Shown: piece after piece, positions 35,332 to 44,700 of the stretch
How positions within the stretch are numbered: position 1 is the first letter of the stretch
Layout of the letters: each line of letters starts with the position of its first letter
DNA from: an uncultured Gammaproteobacteria bacterium
GTDB lineage: Bacteria; Patescibacteriota; Patescibacteriia; Patescibacteriales; GWC2-42-12
Assembly (NCBI GenBank): GCA_964467155.1
Contig: CAYXNZ010000005.1
Location: 2,059 to 66,058 of the forward strand
Direction: 5' to 3'
Length of the DNA stretch: 64,000 nucleotides
The notes under the pieces: model-generated
Seen by the model: only the letters and a program-made list of their open reading frames with translations
The model's database searches: none
What the model was told of the DNA's origin: nothing
Position numbers and translations under genes: made by a program

Positions 35332-36646
35332 AAAACTCTTTACTATTGTTTTTTTTGTTGGGTTATTTTTTGTTGGTAATTTTTCTTTGGCCTCAGAAGG
35401 CACAACTGAAATAAACTTTTTTTATAGCATAACTTGTCCTCATTGCGCTAGAGAACAAGTCTTTCTTGGTGATTTAGAGGCTAAATACCAGAATATTACT
35501 ATCAACCGTTGGGATATAGCTGAAAACCAAGAATTAATTAGGCAATTCTATCAAAATGCCAACATCCCTACTAATTACTGGGGCTTAACACCGGTTACTT
35601 TTATCGACCAAAAAGTATTCCTCGGCTTTAGCGAAACACAGACTGGCCCGGCAATTGAACAATATTTGTCGCAAATATTCAAATCTTGCCCAGAAGAAGA
35701 TGAATTAGATAATGCTAATATAAATAATACTAATAAAGAAAATAATACAGCAGGAGAAGAAGCTGATGAAAACGAGAAAGAAACAGTCGCCAATGAAGAA
35801 AATAATAATAATCAAGACAATGAAGACTGTGTTGTACCAGAGAAAGACATGTCGCCAGAAATCGCCCAAACAATTAAAAATGTTAAAATTCCGTTAATCG
35901 GCGAAGTTGATCTGTCTAATCTCTCCATCATGTCATTAACTGTAATTATTGGCCTTTTAGATGGTTTTAATGCTTGCGCTATGGCCGCGCTCGGATTTTT
36001 GTTAGCAATTTTGGTGGCCACTGGCGTCAGAAAAAGAATTTTTTGGATTGGTGGTACCTTTATTTTTATATCCGGTTTAATGTATTTTTTGTTTATTTCT
36101 GCCTGGCTTAATCTGTTTCTATTTGTCGGTTATTTAAAAATTATTTCTTTGATTATTGGCGTTTTGATTATTGCATTTTCTTTATTCCTACTCAAAGATT
36201 ATTTTTCTGGCATAGTTTGCAAACTATGTAATATTGATCCAAAAAATACTAGTATCTTAACTGGTTGGCAAAGAAAACTATTCTCTCAAATGGACAAGCT
36301 GATTTCCGCAGAAATGGCTTTGCCGATTACACTTCTTGGCGTAGCGATAGTGGCTGCTGGCATAAATTTGATTGAATTGGTTTGTTCGCTGGGCTTTCCA
36401 ATGGTTTACGCTAAAATATTGGCTTCATCTGATCTTTCCGCTTTTTCCTATTATGGTTATTTACTTCTCTATATATTTTTCTACATGCTGGACGATTTTA
36501 TTATATTTCTGGTTGCCGTTATGACATTAAGATTAACAAATGTCGGCGACAAATATCTAAAAGCAATTAAGCTTATCAGCGGTGTAGTCCTCTTGATAAT
36601 GGGAATAATCATGTTATTCAGACCAGAATTACTATCATTGTCATAA
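35324..36646 (+). CDS. Thioredoxin/glutaredoxin-like periplasmic domain fused to a polytopic membrane domain (possible thiol-disulfide or metal-handling protein)
   Basis: Signal/anchor, then a CPHC motif in FFYSITCPHCAREQVFL, an N/E-rich linker, and ~6 TM helices containing LDGFNACAM. It overlaps the upstream gene by 8 nt. Confidence 0.55.
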   Translation: MFKKLFTIVFFVGLFFVGNFSLASEGTTEINFFYSITCPHCAREQVFLGDLEAKYQNITINRWDIAENQELIRQFYQNANIPTNYWGLTPVTFIDQKVFLGFSETQTGPAIEQYLSQIFKSCPEEDELDNANINNTNKENNTAGEEADENEKETVANEENNNNQDNEDCVVPEKDMSPEIAQTIKNVKIPLIGEVDLSNLSIMSLTVIIGLLDGFNACAMAALGFLLAILVATGVRKRIFWIGGTFIFISGLMYFLFISAWLNLFLFVGYLKIISLIIGVLIIAFSLFLLKDYFSGIVCKLCNIDPKNTSILTGWQRKLFSQMDKLISAEMALPITLLGVAIVAAGINLIELVCSLGFPMVYAKILASSDLSAFSYYGYLLLYIFFYMLDDFIIFLVAVMTLRLTNVGDKYLKAIKLISGVVLLIMGIIMLFRPELLSLS

Positions 36647-36663
36647 TTAAATATCAATATTAT

Positions 36664-36701
36664 AAAAAAAAGGTTTAGAATTAATTCTAAACCTTTTTTT
36701 T
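36664..36701. terminator. Bidirectional terminator (perfect 24-nt palindrome)
   Basis: aaaaaaa-aggtttagaatt|aattctaaacct-tttttttt. A near-identical copy is at 48433-48467. Confidence 0.7.
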
Positions 36702-36718
36702 ATTTCTAAATTTTATAA

Positions 36719-36877
36719 CCCCCACCCCAGCCCCTCCAGAGGCGGGCAGGAGTAAACCGTATAAACGTTACTTCCCCCACCCCAGCCCTCCCCCACAACA
36801 AGTTGCGGGAGAGGGAGCACAACATTTACATAGTTCCCTCTCCCGCGAGGAACGAGCGGGGGAGGGTTAGGGAGAGA
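36719..36877. repeat. GC-rich modular palindromic repeat locus A (MITE-like)
   Basis: Contains module ggcaggagtaaaccgtataaacgtta, the left hairpin ccctccccc-acaacaagttgc-gggagaggg, the centre gcacaacatttacatagt, and the right unit CCCTCTCCCGcgaggaacgaGCGGGGGAGGGTTAGGGA (36836-36873). It ends 1 nt before the mscS stop codon. Confidence 0.8.
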
Positions 36878-37732
36878 CTACTTCCCTGCCTGATGCACCA
36901 CCATCTGTGGAAATGGAATCTCAATCCCCTCTTTATCAAAAGCAATTTTTAATCTTTTGCGGAACTCTCCAGCAACTGCCCATTGTTGAAGTGGTTTGGT
37001 ATCGCCTAATATCTTTACTATTATTGCTGAATCAGCAAACTCATTTACTCGAACAAAATGCGGTGCCTCAATTATAAATTCTTTCCATTCTGAATCATTA
37101 AATAATTCTTGTCCAACTTTATCTATCACTTTTATTAATTTTTCTAAATCAGTATCGTAAGCAACACCTAAATCAATATTTACTCTGGCAAATTCTTTTG
37201 ACAGATTAGCAACCTTGGTAATCTCACCGTGAGGAATATGATGAACTGTACCGTCTAAATCTCGTAAAACCGAAACGCGCAAATTAATATCCTCAACTGT
37301 GCCAGAGATATCTCCAACACGAATGACATCACCAACGCGATATTGATTTTCCAAAATTATAAATAATCCTGAGATAAGATCACGGATTAAATACTGACCG
37401 CCAAAACCAACTGCTAATCCAATAATCCCAGCCGCTGCAATCATCGGTCCAATTTCTACGCCAAACTCAGACACAATCATAATAGCCGCTACTATCCAAA
37501 TAATTAATTTAAGTGTTGTGTCAAAAATCTTGATTAAAGTATCTTCTCTTTTTTTCTCCGCTTCTGGGCTAATAAAATTTTTCGAAACCACTGTTTTTCT
37601 AACAGTTTTTTCAATTAATGAACCACTGAATGTTTTTATCAACCAAGCAACAATTATAATCGCTACTATTTTTAAACCATGAGTAATTAACCACGGTTCA
37701 AGTGTCTTGAATATATTTTCCACAATTTCCAT
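36878..37732 (-). CDS. mscS: Small-conductance mechanosensitive channel MscS
   Basis: 284 aa with 3 TM. The pore helix GLAVGFGGQYLIRDLISGLFIILENQYRVGDVI is present, along with full beta and alpha/beta cytoplasmic domains. Confidence 0.85.
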   Translation of the reverse strand: MEIVENIFKTLEPWLITHGLKIVAIIIVAWLIKTFSGSLIEKTVRKTVVSKNFISPEAEKKREDTLIKIFDTTLKLIIWIVAAIMIVSEFGVEIGPMIAAAGIIGLAVGFGGQYLIRDLISGLFIILENQYRVGDVIRVGDISGTVEDINLRVSVLRDLDGTVHHIPHGEITKVANLSKEFARVNIDLGVAYDTDLEKLIKVIDKVGQELFNDSEWKEFIIEAPHFVRVNEFADSAIIVKILGDTKPLQQWAVAGEFRKRLKIAFDKEGIEIPFPQMVVHQAGK

Positions 37733-37800
37733 ATTTTTTATATTAATTAATAAATAAATTATTAAGCATCGCTATTTTAGTATATCACAAAACCTTTATA

Positions 37801-38260
37801 TTCCCCCACACCAGCCCCTCCAATTCGGAGGACGGGAGAGGGAGCATATATTTATTATAGTCCCCTCTCCCGTGAGGAACGAACGGGGGAGGCCTGCCCG
37901 CCGAATTGGAGGGGTTAGGGAGGTTAAAATAAGAAAAAAAATAACCCCCTTAATCCCCCTTTACAAGAGGGACAAAATAGTTCCCTCTCCCGTGAGGAAC
38001 GAGCGGGGGAGGGGTTAGGGAGGGGGTTTCTTTCACTTTAGTCCACAAAAACCTAGACTAAAGTCTATATTTTAAATTTCTATTCTGTCATTCTGAGGAT
38101 CTTTATAACCCCCACCCCAACCCTCCCCCACAACAAGTTGCGGGAGAGGGAGCACACATTTGCATAGTTCCCTCTCCCGTGAGGCACGAACGGGGGAGGC
38201 CTGCCCGCCGAATTGGAGGGGTTAGGGAGGGGGTCTCTTATCCCCTCCTTCTCCCCTTTC
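37801..38260. repeat. GC-rich modular palindromic repeat locus B (three right-hand units plus accessory hairpins)
   Basis: Right-hand units lie at 37863-37923 (long variant), 37983-38026 (short) and 38170-38233 (long). The accessory hairpin ccccctttacaagaggg lies in 37941-37980. A gtcattctgaggatc module is at 38088-38101. Confidence 0.8.
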
Positions 38261-38389
38261 TTATCCACATTTTTTTATGAGCGTTATCCCAGAATCATCA
38301 ACTTGACTACTTACCTAGTTTTAATTTTTAATATAAAGATATAGCACGTCTTTTTATTCTTGAAATTTATTTTTTTTATTTTTAAAAAA

Positions 38390-38398
38390 TGCTATAAT
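38390..38398 (+). promoter_or_regulatory. Extended -10 promoter element TGCTATAAT upstream of the giant surface-protein gene
   Basis: Same 9-mer as at 19409 and 21508. It lies ~390 nt upstream of the ATG at 38787. Confidence 0.4.
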
Positions 38399-38617
38399 AT
38401 AACAAAGTTATCCACATTAAAAATTTATTAAAATAATCTAAAAATCACAAATAGATTTTTCTGTAATAATTCTAATAATAATATTTGCATACATAAAAGA
38501 TAATAATATAATATTATTAAAGTATTATTATCTAGATTTAAATTTTTATCTAGTTATTTTATTTCTGTTTTATTACCCATGCAAGGTTTAACTCAGACAA
38601 TCAAACAAACAAATATA

Positions 38618-38666
38618 AAAGCTTGCTTTTTTATAAAGGTCGACTTTAAGCAAGCGGTTTTTTATA
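38618..38666 (+). terminator. Terminator-like hairpin inside the long leader (possible attenuator or sRNA end)
   Basis: gcttgctt (38621-28), a 19-nt loop, aagcaagc (38648-55), followed by ggtttttta. Confidence 0.3.
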
Positions 38667-38786
38667 TCCAAAAAATTAATTAATTAAATACTAAATAAAT
38701 CAATTTCCAAAACACACTCATTAGCGTTTAACATATAATTTATTTAATTTAAAAAACGCTAAGTGGTTTGGAATAAGGAAAATATT

Positions 38787-41700
38787 ATGATTAAAAAAAC
38801 TAAAAAAATGAAACTTCTATCAAAGCTTTTTATTATAGCTTTGGTTATTAGCTTTGGCGCTCTAGGTAGTGCTTTTTCACCAATTGAACAAGCGCAAGCG
38901 GCGGCGGATATCACTCTATCAGATGATACCATCAATGAAGGTTCGGAAAATGAAGAATTAATTACTGTCACGTTAGCAGGTGATACCTTTGTTGGTTCTC
39001 TTAATACAGCCAACTGGGCGGTTACCAATCTCCCAGCTGGAGTAGTAAAATCAACTATCTCCAGGACAGACGAAACTACTGTCACGATTGCTTTAAGCGG
39101 TGATAGAGCTGTGGATTATGATACCAGTATTGAAAATGTGACTGTGACAATAGCAGCTGCTGAATTTACAAGTTCTGCAGTCCAAGTTTCAGCAAGCACT
39201 GGCGTAACTTTAGTAGCCACTGCTGACGATGAATCTGTTACTGCTGCCTGGGCAACTTCTCCTGGTACAAGTGGAGCAGAAGCTACAATGGATGCTGAAG
39301 TTCTAACTGTTACCTTAGCTGGCGGTACTTTGATTTCAGAGCAAGTTACTATTGGTAATATCACCGCTACTGGAACAGCTGTTAGTGCAGCAGGAGTAAC
39401 TATTGAAAGTGTTACCTGGACTGATGCCACACACTTTGATGTTGCTTTGGCTTGGACTGCGACAGATTATGACGAAGATAAAACACTTATTATTAATGTA
39501 GCCGCAGCTGCCTATGATGAAGGAGCTATCGCCATTGCTACTGACGAGATTACTCTGACGGCAACTGTTGAGCCAATTGCGATTGCTCTCAGTGACAATA
39601 CTATCGCTGAAGGTTCGGAAAGTGCAGGAGTGATTAATGTGACACTGACAGAAGATACTTTTATAGCAACCTTGGTTCAAGGAAACTGGGCGGTTACCAA
39701 CCTTCCAACTGGAGTAACAAAAGGAACTGTTACCAGGTTGAGCGATACTACTGCTACGATCGCTTTAGTTGGCGACAGAGATGAAGATTATGATACCAGT
39801 ATTACTAACGTGATTGTGACTGTTCAGGCTGGAGACTTGACTCTTTCAGATGCTATAGTCGCTTCAGATGGCACCGGTGTGACCTTAGTAGCCACTGACG
39901 ATGCTGAATCTATTGCAATTACAAATGATGGAATAACAGAAGGCGCAGAAGGTGGCGAAGTTATTACCGTTACTTTAACAGGCGGTACATTTGCAGACCC
40001 ATTAGTCCCAGCAAGCTGGGTAGTTACCAACCTTCCAAGCGGCGTTACAGCTGGTGATCCCGAGAGGACAAGCGCTACAGAAGCCACGATTACTTTAAGT
40101 GGAAACAGAGATGTAGATTATGATTCAAATATTACTGATTTAACAGTAACAGTAGCTTCTGATGACATAGACGATATTGATGTTCCTGTTTCAATAGCTA
40201 CAGGTGTTACATTCACGGCCTCTAATGATGCAGAATCTGTTGCTGCTACTTGGAATGGGGATCCTGGAACTAATGGAGCAGAGGCAACTTTAGATGCAGA
40301 TATAATAACTGTTACTCTTACTGATGGTACTTTTGTTAAAGCTAGTGTGGATAATATTACAATAAGTGCCGGTGCAGGAATAACAAAAGAAAGTGTAACT
40401 TATACCGATTCAACTAATGTAGATATATTATTGGCTTGGGATGGAACAGATTTTGACGATCATGAAACAATAACAGTTAGTGTGCCGGTCACGGCTTACG
40501 CAGATTCAACAAGCGGCGACGCGATTACAGATACAATTAATACTGTTGCAACTGATGATGGTGAATCTATTGCAATTACAAATGATGGAATAACAGAAGG
40601 CGCAGAAGGTGGCGAAGTTATTACCGTTACTTTAACAGGCGGTACATTTGCAGACCCATTAGTCCCAGCAAGCTGGGTAGTTACCAACCTTCCAAGCGGC
40701 GTTACAGCTGGTGATCCCGAGAGGACAAGCGCTACAGAAGCCACGATTACTTTAAGTGGAAACAGAACTGTAGATTATGATTCAAATATTACTGATTTAA
40801 CTGTGACAGTGGCTGCTGGTGACATAGATGATTCTGGCGGCTCTGTTTCAATAGCTACTGGTGTTACATTCACGGCAACTGATGATGGTGAATCTATTGG
40901 AGTTGCCTGGGCAGGAACTCCCGGTACTAATGGAGTAGAAGCGACAATGGATGCTGAAATAGTAACTGTTACTCTATCTGACGGTACTTTGATTGAAGGT
41001 TCGGTTAATGCTACGAATATTACTGCTACTGGAACAGCCGTTGATGATGCTGGAGTAACTATTGAAAGTGCTACTTATGTCGATGCTACAAGTTTTACTG
41101 TCGCTTTGGCTTGGGATGACACGGATTATGATGTTAATAAAATTTTAACTATTAATGTAGCCGCAGTTGCCTACGATGATGCAGGTGGCGCCATCACCGG
41201 AGATATTACTTTGACAGCAACTGTTGAGCCACCTTCGATAGCCTTGACAGACGATACTATCAATGAGGCTGCAGAAACTGGCGAACTGATTACCGTCACG
41301 TTGACAGGTGATACTTTTGTTGAGAGTTTGACTCAAATAAACTGGACAGTCACCAACCTCCCAACTGGAGTATCAAAAGGAACTGTCACCAGGACAGGCG
41401 CTACTACTGCTACGATTGCTTTAAGTGGAAACAGAACTGTAGATTATGATACAAGTATTGAAAATGTGACTGTGACTATTGCAGCCGATGAACTTTATTC
41501 ATATACTCTTGGTTCAATTTTAGCAAGCACCGGCGTAACTTTGGTAGCCGATGCTAGCGCTGAAACTATCGGAGTTGCCTGGGCAGGAACTCCTGGCACT
41601 AGTGGAGTAGAGGTGACTATGGATAGCGAAATCGTAACTGTTACCTTGACTGAAGGTACTTTGATTTCAGATCAGGTTAATATGACTAATATCACCGCTA

Positions 41701-44700
41701 CTGGAACAGCTGTTAATAGCGCGGAAGTAACTATTGAAAGTGTTACTTATACTGACACCACACACTTTAATGTTGCTTTGGCATGGAGTGGACTAAATTA
41801 TGATGTTGAAAAAACACTTACCATTAATGTAGCTGGAGCTACCTATGATGAAGGAACTGATCCTATTACTGACGATATTACTTTGACGGCGACTGTTGAG
41901 CCAACAGTAGAAGTAACCATGGGTGCTAATACTTTTAAGGTTGAAGAATCAACCCTGGTTACATTTACCTTCTCATCAGCTCCAACTGGATTTACAGTTG
42001 ATGATGTGACTACTATTGATAATGGTCTTCTTTCAGGATTCACAGTTACTGGTGATACAAAGATTTACACTGCAACTTTTACACCAACTGATGATACAGA
42101 AGCCGCAACAAATGTTATTACAGTTGGAACTGATTGGACTGATGGCACAAGCGCTCCATTAGCAGGAGATAGTTCTCCTAATTATACTATTGATACGAAG
42201 GAACCAACAATTACTATTACATCAAATGACGAAGCTCTATATACCGGAGATGCTGTCGCCACAATTACTTTTGATATTATTGGAGGCACGGTAGACTTTG
42301 CCCTTGAAGATGTTGTCGCGGTTGGTGGCAATCTTAATGCTTTCACAGAAGTATCAGCTGGAGTTCAATATACTGCTATCTTTACCGCGAGTAACGATAG
42401 TACTACTGGCGCAACAATTAATGTAGCGGCTGGAACATTCACAGATGCTGCTGGAAATAACAATACAGTTGCAATTCAAGAAACAATGACGGTTGATACT
42501 CTTGCTCCAACAATAAATACTGTTACTTCTAATGCTACAGAAACTGGTACATTAAAAGTGGGTGATGCGATTATTTTCACAGTTACACCTACTATCCAAG
42601 AAGCTGGCTTAACTGTTCTTCCTGCTACTTATAATGGAGGTGCTTTATCATGGTCAACTGGCGATAGTGGAGTAACCTATACCGCAACCTATACTGTTGC
42701 AGAAGACCAAACTGACCAGGATCCAGCTTTACAATTATTAGGCGTTACTTTGACAGATGCGGTTAGTAATACTGGCGCTGGTGTTAATGGTACTGATGTA
42801 GCAAAATTGATTGATGCTAATTCACCTGACATAACTTCTGTTACTTCTAATGCTACAGTAGAAGGTACATTAAAAGTAACCGATATGATTGTTTTCACAA
42901 TTACACCTGTTGTTCAAGAAGCTGGCTTAACTGTTGCTCCTACTACTTACAATGGAGGGACATTAGAATGGTCAAGTGTTGATGGAACAACCTATATCGC
43001 AACTTATACTGTTGTAGAAGACCAGGACGATCAGGATCCAGCTTTACAATTAACAAGCGTTACTTTGACAGATGCAGCTGGGAACGATGGTGTTTCTGCT
43101 GATGGCGCCGATGTAGCGAAGAAGATTGATGCTAATACTCCAACCGCAGCCTTTACGGCAGCCACAGATAATGTCGGTTCTGTCATGGGTCCTTTGAATA
43201 CTGGCGACACGACCGATGATACTGAGCTTCTACTTACCGGTGCCAATGAAACCGGTTCGACTGTGGAAGTCTTTAACGGAGCAGCATCGTTAGGCGCAGC
43301 CACAGTTAATGGCACTGGTTGGACTTACTCCGCTACTGTTGTTAATGGCACAACTTATCAATTCAATATTAAAGAAACAGACGCGGCAGGAAATATTAGC
43401 GATGCAACAGATGACTTCACAGTGATAGGAGATACCGCCGCTCCAACAGCCGTAGTTGTAGCCAACGAGGTTGCTATTTATGACAGTGATGCTGGTACTG
43501 ATGCATTTATAATTACTGCAACATTCTCTGAGGCTATGGATAATACAAAGATTCCAACCGTAGTATTCGATGCTGCTTTAGACTCAACTTTAACAAGTCC
43601 AGAAGGTGCTTGGAGTACAGTTGCTCATGATAATGATACATATACCTGGACTTATGATATTGCAGATGCAGGTGTTACAGTTGCAGATGTTGATGTCACT
43701 GTTGATGGTGGTGATGATATAGCAGGTAATGATCAGACTGCTAAAACTAATACAGATTACATTGATGTTGATACAGAAAATCCAACCACAACAATTTCCG
43801 ATGACGAAGATGGCGTAGCCAATATTACCGGTGGCAATATTACTTATACTTTTACCTTCGGTGAAGGTGTAACAGATTTTACTGTTGCTGAAGCTGTTGT
43901 AACGGGTGGTACTAAAGCTGTGGATTTCGCATCAGGTGTTTCTGGTGAGGCCGTCTATACTCTTGTAGTTACCCCAGACTCTGATTCTACAACTAATATT
44001 ACTGTCAATGTCGCCGGTGGCGTAGCTATTGATATAAACGGTAATGACAATGTTGTAGCTGCTGAATCAACACAGACAGTTGATACTCTGAGACCAACCG
44101 TTGGCATTACTGATGATAATGCTGGTACCGTCAATGACGGTAATCCCGAAGTGCTTTATACTTTTGAATTCAGCGAAAATGTTACCGGCTTTACCACCGA
44201 CGATGTCACTGTGACCGCTGGAGGAATCGCAGGCGAATTCAGCGCCACTGATGGCAGCAATACATATACTTTGGCTGTGACTGCGGACGATGGCAGTACC
44301 ACAAATATTAGTTTAACCATTTCTAATGCTGATTTAATTGATGCTAATAGCAATACTATGGCCGCTGATGCGACTGACACCGATCAAGCGGTTGATAGAA
44401 TAGAGCCAACCCTCTCAAGCGCTGCGCGAGATAACAATACACAAATTACTGTTACTCTAAGTGAACTTGCTAATGGAAGTAGCATTACTGATGCAAGTGA
44501 TGGTGGTTTCGTTGTTGCTGAAACTGACGCAGCTGAAACTACTTATGCAGTTTCGGATATCACTCCAGGAGTTACTAACGATTTAGTAGTCTTAACTGTT
44601 GCTGATCTCGGAGTATCTGCTAAAGAAGGCATTACCGTTACTTACTCTTCTGCAAACAACGGAGCCGTAACCGATGTAGCAGAGAATGATCTTGCTACAG

